A DNA stretch of 64,000 nt from an uncultured bacterium (GCA_963827235.1 CAWHAE010000012.1:1248001-1312000), one strand, 5' to 3'. Shown: positions 28,640 through 39,577, numbered from the stretch's first letter. The notes: generated by a model not told the origin, from the letters alone. Numbers and translations: made by a program.

Positions 28640-29598
28640 AAGTTTCGTACCCACCGGTGCGCTTTCAGCCGCTGCACCTGATCCTGGGGCAGGCCTTGCC
28701 CATCGCCCAGCGCCGTGTTGGTCTCGGCGTGCCGCACCGTGCGCATGCCCGGGATGATCGTGGACACGGCCGGGTGGCTCAGGATGTAGCGCAGGGCAAC
28801 CTCGGGAAGTCGAGCCGGCTCGATGCCGAGGTCGGACGTGATGCGCTGCGCGTGCTCGTAGACCTCTTGCTTGCGCTCGCCACGGAAATAGCCGTCGCGG
28901 AAATCGCCCTCGGGAAAGACGGTGCCGGGCCGCACCGTTCCCGTCAGGCCGCCTTCGTCCAGCGGCACGCGCGCGAGGACCCCGATAGAGTGCGCCTGGC
29001 AGGCAGGGAACAACTGATCTTCGGGACTCTGGTCGAAGACGTTGTAGATGACCTGCACGGTATCCAACTCGCCGGTCTCGATCAGCTTCAGCGCGTTGGC
29101 AGGCTCATGATCGTTGATCGAGATGCCAAAGAAGCGAATCTTGCCCTGCTGTTTGAGGCGGTGCACGCCGTCGAGCCAGTCGCCCTGCCCTACCCACTCA
29201 TCCGACCACACGTGGAATTGCAGGATATCCACGCTGGCCAGACCAAGATTGCGCAGACTTGTCTCGGCCGATGCGATGACATGATCCGCCGGGAAGGCAT
29301 CCTCGGCCCGAACGCCCGCTCGAGCCGGCCACTGCCGGTTCTTTGGCGGCACCTTGGTCGCCACGAAGATCTGTTCGCTCCGCGAGCGAACGACCTCGCC
29401 GACAAGGCGCTCGCTGTGCCCGTTGCCATACACCAGCGCCGTGTCGATGAAGTTCAGGCCACGATCGATCGCCGCGTTGAGCGCGCGCAGGGACTCTCGA
29501 TCCTCGGCGCCCCGCCAGCCGGTGTTGCCGATGCCCCAAGCTCCATATCCGATCTCCGAGACCTGCAGACCCGTCCTGCCGAGCGCACGATAGTGCAT
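28627..29598 (-). CDS. Aldo/keto reductase
   Basis: [50 protein letters not shown]. Confidence 0.93.
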   Translation of the reverse strand: MHYRALGRTGLQVSEIGYGAWGIGNTGWRGAEDRESLRALNAAIDRGLNFIDTALVYGNGHSERLVGEVVRSRSEQIFVATKVPPKNRQWPARAGVRAEDAFPADHVIASAETSLRNLGLASVDILQFHVWSDEWVGQGDWLDGVHRLKQQGKIRFFGISINDHEPANALKLIETGELDTVQVIYNVFDQSPEDQLFPACQAHSIGVLARVPLDEGGLTGTVRPGTVFPEGDFRDGYFRGERKQEVYEHAQRITSDLGIEPARLPEVALRYILSHPAVSTIIPGMRTVRHAETNTALGDGQGLPQDQVQRLKAHRWVRNFYKA

Positions 29599-29850
29599 AT
29601 TGACCTCCCCACATCTGTCATGCCGTGTTCGAGTGCGATCGCGACGACGAAACGCGCGATAACCGCGCCCACGAAACCTAGCTGCAGTGTATACCCGGGC
29701 CGCGCAAGAGAGGTCGCGGCAACGACTATCCACTCAGGCGCGTGCCCCGCGAGCCAGCGGCTGGAAGGTGGGGAAACGGGCGAGTGGATCTCGCCGCCGC
29801 AAGTCGTGCGGCCCGACAACCGCCTCCATGAGCGATGAGCGGCTCGGCCT

Positions 29851-30867
29851 TCAGGCAGCGGTCTGCGACCGCAGCACCTCGATCATGGCGACGACGTTCT
29901 CCGGCGGCACGTCGCCGGGAATGTCGTGTGTCGGCGCTACGATGTAGCCGCCACCCGGCGCCATCACGCGCATGGTCTCGCGCGTGACACGCTTCACCTC
30001 CTCCGCGGAATACCAGGGTAGGACTCGCTGCGTGCTGATTCCTCCCCAGAAAGTCAGGTCCCGTCCATACTCGCCCTTCACCCGGCCGATGTCGTAGATC
30101 TCGGGCTGGAACGTTTGATACACATCCAGACCGATCTCGATCAGGTCGGGAAAGAGCTGCTGGATGTCGCCGCATGAGTGCTGGGACACGAACCGACCGG
30201 TGCGCTTCACGCGCTCGTACAGGCGAGCGAGCCGTGGCTTGACGAACGTGCGCCAGTGACGCGGACCCATGATCAGCCCGCGCTGCTGTCCCCAGTCGTC
30301 GCCGAAATGGAAGCCGTCGATCGGATACTCCAGCGCGATGTCGACCACGCGCAGATCGTGCTCGCAGATGGCGTCCATCAACACGTGTACGAAGCCGGGA
30401 TCGGTGACCATCTCCGTCAGCAGGTTCTCCATGCCGCGCAGCGTCCAGGCTCGCTCGAAGAGGGTGAAACCGATCTCGCCCAGCAGGCAGCGATCGCCGC
30501 GCTGGGCCACCGCCGTCTCGTACTCTTGTCGCAGGCGCGCTTCGTCCAGGACAGGGAAGGAGTAGCCGGCCAACGACGGGGCGGAGAGCACCGTGCCTTC
30601 GACGGCGCCGATGTCCTTGTCCGCTCCGTTGCGGTTCCACACCACGCCGAAGTGATCCTGCCAGTAGCCCTGCCGGTGCTCGATCTCTTGCAGGTAGCCA
30701 TCGTAGTAGACGGCGCTGATATGGTTGCCGATATGGTCGATGTAGGTGGGGTCGCCCGAATACCGGGTCAGGCGATCGCGGGCCTGTTGCGTGAGGCTCA
30801 CCTGGTAGGGCAGAATGTCGGTCTCCTGGTGCCGTATCGCCTGCAGCACACGGTCGCGCCTGTTCAT
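29851..30867 (-). CDS. Uroporphyrinogen decarboxylase-like (URO-D/MtaA-CmuA superfamily) protein
   Basis: FERAW.LRGMEN, GDDWGQQRG, HSCG, QPE, FWGGISTQ, GGYIVAPTHDI. Confidence 0.85.
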   Translation of the reverse strand: MNRRDRVLQAIRHQETDILPYQVSLTQQARDRLTRYSGDPTYIDHIGNHISAVYYDGYLQEIEHRQGYWQDHFGVVWNRNGADKDIGAVEGTVLSAPSLAGYSFPVLDEARLRQEYETAVAQRGDRCLLGEIGFTLFERAWTLRGMENLLTEMVTDPGFVHVLMDAICEHDLRVVDIALEYPIDGFHFGDDWGQQRGLIMGPRHWRTFVKPRLARLYERVKRTGRFVSQHSCGDIQQLFPDLIEIGLDVYQTFQPEIYDIGRVKGEYGRDLTFWGGISTQRVLPWYSAEEVKRVTRETMRVMAPGGGYIVAPTHDIPGDVPPENVVAMIEVLRSQTAA

Positions 30868-30970
30868 CGTCGTTGCTCCCTCTCCCGCTGCTGGTCGTCG
30901 CCGCTACCTGCCTATGGTACCTGCCTTTGGCCGCGAGCAAGGGCGGTAGAGCAAACCGAGGGCAGGCAGG

Positions 30971-33049
30971 TTACAACCGGCGGATGCGCCGCACAGTGCT
31001 CTGCATGTTCTCCAGATCGAGGCGAATGCCGCCGTGCATCCAGCCGGCGCCCGATCTGACGCCCTGCACGTCCTCGACGGCGTAGCGGGCCTCGGGATCC
31101 AGGCCCTGCAGGTGCAGCACAGGCAGAATTGCCGGAAAGGGCAGCCAGGTGCGGAAAGCAAACAGCACGCCCGCGGCACGATCCTTGCTCATGTACTGCA
31201 CGGCCGAAAACTGGTGTTCCTGCGGCGATCGCAGGCGAAATTGATCGCCCCTCTGCACGAGCGGCCGGATTTCCTTGTAGAGGGCTATCCAGCGGGCCGC
31301 CTCCGCTCGCTCGGCCGCGGTCCACCGCGCGATATCGCAGCCGACCCCCAGCACGCCGCACATGGCAACGTGAAAGCGAAAGCTCAGCGGGATAGCGGCG
31401 GCGCCGACGTCCGTAGCCCATGATTCCATCACCGCGGCGGGAAAGAGCATCGAGAAGCCTTCTTGAATGCCCAGCCGCGCGGTAGCCTCCGTGTTGTCGC
31501 TCGTCCATATCTGGTCTGCCAGGCGGAGGATGCCGAGGTCGGCCCGACCGCCGCCGCCCGAACAGCTCTGGAACACTACATCGGGATGCCGATCGCGGAG
31601 AGCGCCCCACACGGCATAGAGACCCCGGACGTAGCGCACCCAGATCTCGCGGGCGTCGCCCGGCGCTTCGGGCCATCCGGGCTCGCTCACGCTGCGGTTC
31701 ATGTCCCACTTGATAAAGGCGATGTTGTGGCTCGAGAGCAGGCGGTCGAGGGCGTCGATCAAATAGGTCTGCACGTCGGAGCGGGCGAGGTTGAGCACGA
31801 GCTGATTGCGCGCCTCGGATCGGTGGCGCGTGGGAAAGTGGATCACCCAGTTGGGATGGGCACGGTAGAGGTCGCTGTCGCGGTTGACCATCTCCGGTTC
31901 GATCCACAGCCCGAAGTCCATGCCGAGCGTGTTTACTCGCTCGATCAAGGGAGTCAGGCCGCGCGGGAACTTGCCCGCATCGGGCCACCAGTCACCCAGA
32001 CCCGCTTTGTCCGTGGCGCGGCCCTGAAACCAACCGTCGTCCATGACGAACGTCTCCACGCCCAAACCGGCCGCGATCTGCGCCAGCTCTGCCTGGCTTT
32101 GTTCGTCGACGTTGAACGTCGTAGCTTCCCACGAGTTGTAGAGCACGTTGTGCGAACGCCCACCATGCGGCAGGATCGTCGCGCGAATGAAGTCGTGCAG
32201 CAGGCGGCTGGCAGTGCCGAAGCCCGCGTCGCTGTACCCGCCGAAAGAGGACGGCGTGGTCAGGGTCTGTCCGCCTTCGAGACGCCAGGCGAAGTCCCAG
32301 TCGTTGAGTCCGATCGACACGCCGGCGGCCGACGAGTCGGTGACCTCGGCAAGCATGACCCAGTTGCCGCTCCAGGCGAGCGTTCCAAACCACACGTTGC
32401 CGTGTTGCTCGCCGGCATGGCCCAGGTCCAGGGCGAACCAGGGTCCGTGCTGGTGGCTGGTAGCCATCCGCCTGCTTTCCAGGCGCTTGACGCCGCGCAG
32501 CAGTGGCTCGCGCAGCAGGTGGCCTTCGTCAGACCAGCGGCCGGCCAGATGGGTGAGCCGGTAGTGGTCGCCGTACGGCAGCTGCCAGGCGGCCGACAGC
32601 ACGCGCTCGACCGTCAGCGGCGTACTGCCCTCGTTGCGCAGAGAGACCGACCGCTCGATCAGATCGTAGGCTTCATGCACGCGGTAGTGCAGCACCACCG
32701 CGAGCGGGTAGTGTTCATCGCGCAGAGACACGTCCAGGGCGTCCGGGTCGTCGCCGGGATGGCAGGCCGACTCGAAACGAAGCACGATGTCTCGCGTCCC
32801 GTCGGCGAAACCTACTTTCAGGCAGGGCTCGCCGTACTGTATGCCGCCGTGGCCCGGAAACTCCTGCGCCGCCGTCGAGGTGTCCGAGAACGGCCAGGCT
32901 CGCGGATCCGGGGTGTCATAGTCCTCGGCGGCACGGAGCTTGCTTCCCCAGTAACGGTGAATGAGCCGCCCGGCCGGGTCTCTATCGAACGCGTACGCAG
33001 CGTGCCGGGTTTCCAGAATCCATCGGTGCTCAGCGTGGTGGATCGACAC
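30971..33049 (-). CDS. Alpha-galactosidase, GH36
   Basis: LAWSGNW, YNSWEA, FVMDDGWF, GLGDW, FGLWIEPEMVN, IKWDMNR, SCSGGGGR, WTSDNT; AGGAGGG RBS before GTG 33049. Confidence 0.95.
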   Translation of the reverse strand: MSIHHAEHRWILETRHAAYAFDRDPAGRLIHRYWGSKLRAAEDYDTPDPRAWPFSDTSTAAQEFPGHGGIQYGEPCLKVGFADGTRDIVLRFESACHPGDDPDALDVSLRDEHYPLAVVLHYRVHEAYDLIERSVSLRNEGSTPLTVERVLSAAWQLPYGDHYRLTHLAGRWSDEGHLLREPLLRGVKRLESRRMATSHQHGPWFALDLGHAGEQHGNVWFGTLAWSGNWVMLAEVTDSSAAGVSIGLNDWDFAWRLEGGQTLTTPSSFGGYSDAGFGTASRLLHDFIRATILPHGGRSHNVLYNSWEATTFNVDEQSQAELAQIAAGLGVETFVMDDGWFQGRATDKAGLGDWWPDAGKFPRGLTPLIERVNTLGMDFGLWIEPEMVNRDSDLYRAHPNWVIHFPTRHRSEARNQLVLNLARSDVQTYLIDALDRLLSSHNIAFIKWDMNRSVSEPGWPEAPGDAREIWVRYVRGLYAVWGALRDRHPDVVFQSCSGGGGRADLGILRLADQIWTSDNTEATARLGIQEGFSMLFPAAVMESWATDVGAAAIPLSFRFHVAMCGVLGVGCDIARWTAAERAEAARWIALYKEIRPLVQRGDQFRLRSPQEHQFSAVQYMSKDRAAGVLFAFRTWLPFPAILPVLHLQGLDPEARYAVEDVQGVRSGAGWMHGGIRLDLENMQSTVRRIRRL

Positions 33050-33086
33050 GGCGAGCGGTCTCCCTCCTGTGAGCGCGGTGTGCGGA

Positions 33087-34550
33087 CTACCAGTTCCAGG
33101 TGCCGTACTGCTGCTCAATGTAGCGCTCCTGGGCCAGCACTTTGCTCTGCACGGTGCTCAGGGCGGCCCGGGCCGTCTCGTGACCCTCGAGAACGCGGAT
33201 CGTCTCCTGGAGCAGCTGCTGCTGGTAGTAGGGGTCGACCGGGTTGATGGGACTCGCGGCCTGGCTCACGAGACCGAGCTCCGGCTGCAGCCTCAGACCC
33301 TGCAGGCTGGCGGCCGGATTGCCGGGCAGTCCCGCCGCTCGCCGTAGCGCCGCCTCACCGGCGATGGCCTGTCCGAGCCACTGCTGCTGGTTGCGCACGA
33401 CGGGCGAGCCGCTAAGCGATCGACCGAGCACGTCTCCGCCGTCCCAGAAGGTGGCCTTGCCGACGGCGAAGGCGAGGCCGGCATGCGCGGCGCCGGGCGG
33501 GATCACGACTTCCTGCATCGTGCTGGGGTAGCTGGCCACGTTCGTTTCGCTTCCGTCGGGGGTTGGCGGGAGCGGAGTGAGCTGGTAGGTCAGGCCACCC
33601 TTGACGCCGAAGGTGTTCGCGTCGATCGGCGACAGGTTCCAGTAAGCGCCGCCCGAGGGCACGATCACGGCTTTCCCCGTGGCCAGGTAGCTGCGCGGGC
33701 TACCGCTCAGGAAATCGGGATCGGCGGCCAGGAACCGCGACAGCTTCTTGTACCCGCCATAGAGTGTAGATAGTGACTTCAGATACTGCAGGTAGGCCAC
33801 GTTGCAGGGGTCGGTAGCGGTCGGCCTGCTCGCCGCGTCATAGAGTCCGTGGCCGGGCGGGCACATGAGCGTCCCCGTGGACTGCCAGGAGTCGATTCCC
33901 GGCCAGAATCCTATGCGCACGAGGTTCGCGTTGGCGTCGAACTGCACGGCCTGTTGCGACATGGCGTAGTAGTCGGCGAACGTCCGCAGCGTGCTATTGT
34001 CGTAGCCCAGAGGCGTCATGTACTTCGGCAGGTAGATCTCCTGGCCGCCAAGCGGACCGCTCACTGCCGGGATCGCCCACCAGTGGCCGCCAAAATGCGC
34101 CCAGCGCGCCATGCCGGGCAGAAAGCTGCCGGCGGTCACGTGGGCGCCGGTGTAGAAACCGTCCAGCGACCGCGCCAGGTGGCTCAGCACGATCTCGCCC
34201 ATCCAGCCACCCTGCACGAAGACCATGTCCGGCGGCTTTCCGGCCGACACGGCGGCCGCGAGCCGAGTCACCATGGCCTGCTGGTCGGTGAAGGCGGTCT
34301 CGTTCCAGCGCAGCCCCGGGAACAGCTTCGACCAGCGGGCGGCGTAGAGATGATACATAGAGGTCAGGTCGTCGGGGTTCGTATCGTCGAAACCGGCCAG
34401 CGATCCGCAGCAGGTGTAGACGGCCAGTGTCTCCGGCGCGGCCACGGCGGCCCGGATCGGTCCGGCACCCTGGCCGAACCCCGATAGTGCCAGCAAGGCC
34501 GCGCCCAGCAGGCGCGGCACCATCCCTGTCCACGAGGAAAGTCGCCTCAT
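33087..34550 (-). CDS. Extracellular sugar-binding protein (SBP family 1), no adjacent permeases
   Basis: Sec signal (AVA-A), AAVSAGKPPDMVF, G.WWAIP, C-terminal ARAALSTVQ helix. Confidence 0.75.
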   Translation of the reverse strand: MRRLSSWTGMVPRLLGAALLALSGFGQGAGPIRAAVAAPETLAVYTCCGSLAGFDDTNPDDLTSMYHLYAARWSKLFPGLRWNETAFTDQQAMVTRLAAAVSAGKPPDMVFVQGGWMGEIVLSHLARSLDGFYTGAHVTAGSFLPGMARWAHFGGHWWAIPAVSGPLGGQEIYLPKYMTPLGYDNSTLRTFADYYAMSQQAVQFDANANLVRIGFWPGIDSWQSTGTLMCPPGHGLYDAASRPTATDPCNVAYLQYLKSLSTLYGGYKKLSRFLAADPDFLSGSPRSYLATGKAVIVPSGGAYWNLSPIDANTFGVKGGLTYQLTPLPPTPDGSETNVASYPSTMQEVVIPPGAAHAGLAFAVGKATFWDGGDVLGRSLSGSPVVRNQQQWLGQAIAGEAALRRAAGLPGNPAASLQGLRLQPELGLVSQAASPINPVDPYYQQQLLQETIRVLEGHETARAALSTVQSKVLAQERYIEQQYGTWNW

Positions 34551-34619
34551 TGCATGCCCCTTCACACCCTCTACTCGGCTCGATCCTGTGTACCGTGGCG
34601 GCCGCCGGCAGCCCGGCAT

Positions 34620-37040
34620 TCAGCACACGGGCCGTGCAAGCAGGCACTCCGCCAGCGCGCCTGCCTCCGCCACCGACCGTTCTTCGGAGAGCGCCAGCCC
34701 TATTGCCCATGCCTGGGCAAACGCCAAACTGCCCAGCGCGGTTTCGACCGACGCAGTCGTACGGTCGAATGCCCTGCGACCGGCCGGCGAAAGGGCCGCG
34801 CCGATCGCGTCTCGCAGCGCGCTCGCCGCGGCGCAGAGCTGCGCGGCGCGTTCCGGCTCCTGACGAGCGGCTGCTACCGCGGCGATGCCTTCGAGACAGC
34901 CGGCAATGCCGTCGGTGCTGCCGGTCGACTGGAACAGCGGCAGGGCGGCGGCGTAATGCGAGAGAGCCTGTGCCTGTTCTCCCTGCTCGCGGGCCGCGTC
35001 GCCGAGATTGCTCAGCGCGTAACCCATGCCGAGGTTGTCGTGCAGCTCACGAGCCAGGTTCAGGCTTTCTTCGCACAGCGCCGTCGCGGGCGCGTAGCTG
35101 CCCATCTGGATCAGGATGAAGCCGAGATTGTTGAGCGCGGGTGCGATCCGCTGCTTGTTCCCGATCCGGCGCTGCACGTCAAGGCTCTCCTCCGAGAGTT
35201 GCAGCGCCCGCGCGAAATCGCCCTGGTTCATGGCCAGGTTGCCCAGCGTGTTGAGGGCACTGGCCACGCCCTGCCGATCGCCCAGCGCGCGATAGAGCGC
35301 CAGGCTCTGCTCGCAGTGCTCCGTTGCCCGCGCGTACTCGCCCTGCATATTGGCCAGCACGCCCGCCACGATGCATGCCTTCGCCAGCGCCGGCGTGGGA
35401 ACCGGCCGATCGGAGCGCTCGGCAAGATCGAGCAGGCTCTCGAGCCAGGATCGTCCTTCGCGGAGATGCCCACGCGCGTACCAGAAGCGCCAGAGCGTGC
35501 CGGCCAGGTGCAATCCGCGCGCCGGATCGCCGGAATCGCGCGCCCGCTGGAGGACCGCGCGCAGGTTGTTGTGCTCCCGCTCGAGGCGGGCGAGCCAGAG
35601 CTCCTGCTCGGGGCCGGTCAGCGCCGGCTCCGCTTCCTCGGCAAGGGCCTGGAAATAAACGGCGTGCGCCTGCTCGAGGACGGCGCGCTCGCCGCCGGCT
35701 TCCAGCCGCTCGGCCGCGTAGATGTGAATGGTCTCCAGCATGCCAAAACGCGGCTCCCCGGTGCCCACGACCTCCACGCGAAGCAGGCTGTTGTCGACCA
35801 GGGACGCCATGCAGCTCAGCGTGTCCTCGCCGCCCGGCTGTACCGCGCACACCGCTTCCACGGCCTCCAGCGCGCAGCCGCCCACGAATACGGCAAGCCG
35901 GCTCAGCAGTTTCTGCTCCTCGGCGGTAAGGAGGTCGAAGCTCCAGTCGAAGGCCGCGCGCAGCGTCTGTTGCCGCGCGGGAAGGTCGCGCGGTCCGCTG
36001 GCGAGCAGGCGGGCGCTCGCGGCAGCGGTATCGATCTGGGCAAGAATCGCGGCCGGCGGCAGGAGTGCGATGCGGGCGGCTGCGAGCTCAATAGCCAGCG
36101 GCAAGCCGTCGAGCCGGGCACAGATCTCGGCGACCGGCCCGGCATGCCTGTCGTCGAGCTCGAAGTCGGGCCGCACGGCGCGAGCGCGGTCTACGAACAG
36201 GGCCACCGCCGCGTAGCCGGCCAGCTCGTCCGGCGAAGCAACGATGCCGGCGGGCGGCACGACGAGCGGAGGCACCGCAAACCGTTGCTCGGCAGTAACG
36301 TGCAGCGCCGTTCTGCTGGTCGCGAGCACGACGAGCCGCGGACAGGCGGCAAGCAGCTCGGCTATCTCCTGGGCTGCTTCGACGACCTGCTCGAAGTTGT
36401 CGAGCACGAGTAGCAGGCTACGGGCGCGCAGATAGGCGGTGAGCTGCTGCCTAGCGCTCTGATCCGGCGCCTCGCGCAGATCGAGCGTCTGCGCGATGGT
36501 CAGGGGCACGAGGGCCGCTTCGCGCAGGGTCGAGAGATCGACGAAGATCGCGCCATCCGCAAAGGAGCTTTGCAGGGCCAAGGCGGCAGCAATGGCCAGG
36601 CGCGTCTTGCCCACACCCCCCGGACCGGTGAGGGTGATCAGACGCGCCCCCTCGGCCGCGACGGAGCGCTGCAGCAGCCGCTGCAGGCCGGCTTTCTCCT
36701 GATCCCGCCCCATGAGCACCGTCGGCGGGAGCGGCAGGGAGGAATGGTGGACCGTACCGGGCGGCGCGGGCGCACGTGCTGGAGCCTGCTCTGTGCCGCC
36801 GGTCAACGAGGTACCCACCGCCGCAGCAAGCAATGCCGAGCGATCCAGCGGGCCAAGGCCGAGCGCAGCCGCCAGGCGGGCCGTCGTATCCATCCGCGGG
36901 GCGAGGCGACGGCCACGCTCGAGAGCGGAGATCGCCTCTACGCTGAGCTCGGCACGCTCGGCGAGCACCTGTTGCGAGAGACCGGCGGCCCAGCGATACT
37001 TCCGCAGCAGCGGGCCAAACGCCACGATCTCGGTCCTCAC
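34620..37040 (-). CDS. XRE-HTH + NB-ARC ATPase + TPR (STAND-class) regulator
   Basis: GLSQQVLAERAELSVEAISALERG HTH, Walker A GPGGVGKT, Walker B LLVLDNFE, LDGLPLAIELAAAR, TPRs (ALNTLG, ALNNLG, ALSNLG). Confidence 0.92.
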   Translation of the reverse strand: MRTEIVAFGPLLRKYRWAAGLSQQVLAERAELSVEAISALERGRRLAPRMDTTARLAAALGLGPLDRSALLAAAVGTSLTGGTEQAPARAPAPPGTVHHSSLPLPPTVLMGRDQEKAGLQRLLQRSVAAEGARLITLTGPGGVGKTRLAIAAALALQSSFADGAIFVDLSTLREAALVPLTIAQTLDLREAPDQSARQQLTAYLRARSLLLVLDNFEQVVEAAQEIAELLAACPRLVVLATSRTALHVTAEQRFAVPPLVVPPAGIVASPDELAGYAAVALFVDRARAVRPDFELDDRHAGPVAEICARLDGLPLAIELAAARIALLPPAAILAQIDTAAASARLLASGPRDLPARQQTLRAAFDWSFDLLTAEEQKLLSRLAVFVGGCALEAVEAVCAVQPGGEDTLSCMASLVDNSLLRVEVVGTGEPRFGMLETIHIYAAERLEAGGERAVLEQAHAVYFQALAEEAEPALTGPEQELWLARLEREHNNLRAVLQRARDSGDPARGLHLAGTLWRFWYARGHLREGRSWLESLLDLAERSDRPVPTPALAKACIVAGVLANMQGEYARATEHCEQSLALYRALGDRQGVASALNTLGNLAMNQGDFARALQLSEESLDVQRRIGNKQRIAPALNNLGFILIQMGSYAPATALCEESLNLARELHDNLGMGYALSNLGDAAREQGEQAQALSHYAAALPLFQSTGSTDGIAGCLEGIAAVAAARQEPERAAQLCAAASALRDAIGAALSPAGRRAFDRTTASVETALGSLAFAQAWAIGLALSEERSVAEAGALAECLLARPVC

Positions 37041-37307
37041 GCCGTATTGGCCTCCCGCATGTCGTCGTCTGCCTCGCCTAGACGCCCTTACTGGGATAGT
37101 AGCAGGCGTCGATGAACGCGGCGGCACCCGGTCACGACCGGCAGACTGCATCGAGATACAGCGGTCATGCGGCTATCATCGAGCCCCACCAGGTCCGATG
37201 GGTTCGCGGGCTTCCGGAATCGCCTGTCTCCCCGCATCGGCGAGGTGCTTATTGACCCGCGTCCGATGCAGTGAGTACACGGCTGCCCGATCCGCCGCGT
37301 GCAGGAC

Positions 37308-38564
37308 TCATTCCGAGGCACCGCGCAGGACGCGAGCGAGCGTCAGGGTGCATGCCAGGCCTACCAGGCAGAGCGCGGCCAGCAGGTAAAGTCCGTCGCT
37401 GAACGATCCCGTCGCATCCTTGAACGCGCCGAGAGCGTAGGCAAAGGTGACGCTGCCCAGGTTGGCGAACAGGTTGCCGAAGCCGCTCGTCATGCCGGCG
37501 GAACGCGGGCCCAGCAGCCGGATCGGCACGTCGAAGATCGGGCCGAAATAGAGCTGGACGAAGAGGCCGTTCACCACGATCACGACAATCAGCGCGGCCG
37601 GATGTGTGACCTCCACGAGGAGCAGGGTGGTAAGAGCGAGCATGACCTGCGAGCCACCGATCACCAGCAGCGGATTGCGCAGTCGATCCGAGATATAGCC
37701 GCCCAGAAAGTTGGCCGGTGCCGTGATCGTGAGGCCGAGTGCTACCATCAGACCGGCGGCGTGCAGCGAATAGCCCCTCGCTACCAGCACCGAGGGCAGC
37801 CAGAATTGCAGGCCACCCGCCACGGCGAGGCGGACGTACTGGATGACGGCCACCAGCAGCATCACCTTTCGGCGAAACAGCCCCACGATGTCCCGCACCG
37901 TGAGAGTGGCGCCGCCAGTATTGACTCGTCCCTGCACGCCGAAGGCGCGGTAGAGCAGGGCCACTGCCAGCCCTCCGAGCGAGAAGACGACAAAAAGTGG
38001 ACGCCAGCCCACCGGCCCCACCAGTACGGGCCCCACGGCGTTGAGCAGGATGTTCGACGACGAGCCGCCGGCTACGAAGAGGCCCATGGCCGTGGCGCGA
38101 CGCTGAGGTGGAAAGAGCGCGCTAATCAGCAGCAGGCCGGGAGCGAACAGGAAGGCGCGGAACAATCCCGACACCGCCTGATTCACCACCAGCAGCCAGT
38201 AGGCATGCAGAAACGCGAAGCTCAGGGACAGGCATGCGGTGCCGATCAGCCCGACCAGAAACAGGCGCCTCGGTCCGAACCGATCGGCCAGAAAGCCTGA
38301 CGGGAGCTGCATCAACGCGTAGACCAGCGTGGACGCCGCCGAGAGCGTGCCGCCCTGCGCGAAGCTCAGACCCACGTCGCCGCGGATCACGGGCAGGAAC
38401 AGCGAGATGCCGCCCGACGCCAGCATCTGCACGCTCTGGCACAACACCAGCAAGGCGATGGTCAGTCCCACGCCGCGGCCCGTTGCGCGCCAATCCGTGT
38501 CCTGCGCCGAACCAGTGCCCGGCGTCGGGCCGGCGCTCTCGAGCGGATCAGTGCGCAACGCCAC
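37308..38564 (-). CDS. MFS transporter
   Basis: Motif A GFLADRFGPRR and GYISDRL; about 12 TMs. Confidence 0.9.
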   Translation of the reverse strand: MALRTDPLESAGPTPGTGSAQDTDWRATGRGVGLTIALLVLCQSVQMLASGGISLFLPVIRGDVGLSFAQGGTLSAASTLVYALMQLPSGFLADRFGPRRLFLVGLIGTACLSLSFAFLHAYWLLVVNQAVSGLFRAFLFAPGLLLISALFPPQRRATAMGLFVAGGSSSNILLNAVGPVLVGPVGWRPLFVVFSLGGLAVALLYRAFGVQGRVNTGGATLTVRDIVGLFRRKVMLLVAVIQYVRLAVAGGLQFWLPSVLVARGYSLHAAGLMVALGLTITAPANFLGGYISDRLRNPLLVIGGSQVMLALTTLLLVEVTHPAALIVVIVVNGLFVQLYFGPIFDVPIRLLGPRSAGMTSGFGNLFANLGSVTFAYALGAFKDATGSFSDGLYLLAALCLVGLACTLTLARVLRGASE

Positions 38565-38689
38565 GCACGAGCCGGCCGTCCGCCAGGCTACCTCTGCTAT
38601 CGCTGGACAATCTGAGTTCCCCTAGGCATTCGTCGAGTCCGCATGCTAGCGTACCGCGGATCGGCTGCCTCTGGGCGCTTGGCTCCTGC

Positions 38690-39577
38690 CTAGCCGTATG
38701 TCTGGCCCGTCACCTTGTCGAGCTGCTGAGCCAGCCCCTGCAGGCGGGCGGTAAGGTCGTGTATCCCGGTAACGGCTCGCGATTGGTCGCTCACGGTTCC
38801 ATTCAGCGTCGTGATCTCGGGATCCAAGCGGGCAAGCGTGGTGCTGAGGGCCGAAAGCTTGACGTTCAGCTCGGTGATGCTCGTCTTCGTGCTTTCTGAG
38901 AGCTTCCGGATCTCCCGGGCAACCACCATGAAGCCTGCACCGGACGCCCCGGCACGCGCCGCTTCAATCGACGCGTTGAGCCCCAGCAGGTTGGTCTGGT
39001 CGGCCACGCCCCGGATGAAGCTGATCACGTCGACGATCACGTCGACGCCGCTGCGCGCCTCGGTTGCGATCTCGGCCAGCACGCTCATGGTCTCTCCAAT
39101 GCGCACCGTGGTCTTGGAGAGATCCTCGGCGGTAGACGTCGCGTCGGCGGCCATCGACACGATATCCGTCGTCACTTGCTGCACCTCGTTCAGGTGCAGA
39201 GCGATCGTAGTCGTCAGCACGGCGGCGAGCGAGCCGTCGCCGGCAAAGATCGGCAGACTAATGGCTGTATAGGGAAAGCCGAAGACGGACTGCTTCTCGC
39301 TCACTATCTGCATTGTGCGGGCACGCGATTGCAGCGCCCGGTGCGTGATCGAGCCCTCCTTGATCGGTGTGCCGGGCACCTGGCCGAAGGGCATGCTCGG
39401 TACGTCCCACGTTCGCGTGACGATGCCGTCGGCGTCGACGACTATCACGTAGTTCTCGCCGTTGAACAGCCTGAAGATCAGGTCTGCCGCCAGCTCGGTA
39501 CTCCGGATGCCATCGCTACGTGCGTTCGTGCTCGATGCCGGGGATAACCCGCCGCCGGTCGAAACATGGTCCGCCAT
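38690..39577 (-). CDS. Soluble methyl-accepting chemotaxis protein (YfmS-like architecture)
   Basis: Signalling tip [33 protein letters not shown]; N-terminal small sensor fold (FGFPY....PI...G); no TM; GGAGG RBS. Confidence 0.88.
   Translation of the reverse strand: MADHVSTGGGLSPASSTNARSDGIRSTELAADLIFRLFNGENYVIVVDADGIVTRTWDVPSMPFGQVPGTPIKEGSITHRALQSRARTMQIVSEKQSVFGFPYTAISLPIFAGDGSLAAVLTTTIALHLNEVQQVTTDIVSMAADATSTAEDLSKTTVRIGETMSVLAEIATEARSGVDVIVDVISFIRGVADQTNLLGLNASIEAARAGASGAGFMVVAREIRKLSESTKTSITELNVKLSALSTTLARLDPEITTLNGTVSDQSRAVTGIHDLTARLQGLAQQLDKVTGQTYG

Noticed and set aside
34620-37040. STAND protein as an Avs-type antiviral system
   Set aside because: The N-terminus is an XRE HTH, not a nuclease/TIR/SIR2 effector; the architecture is that of common regulators.
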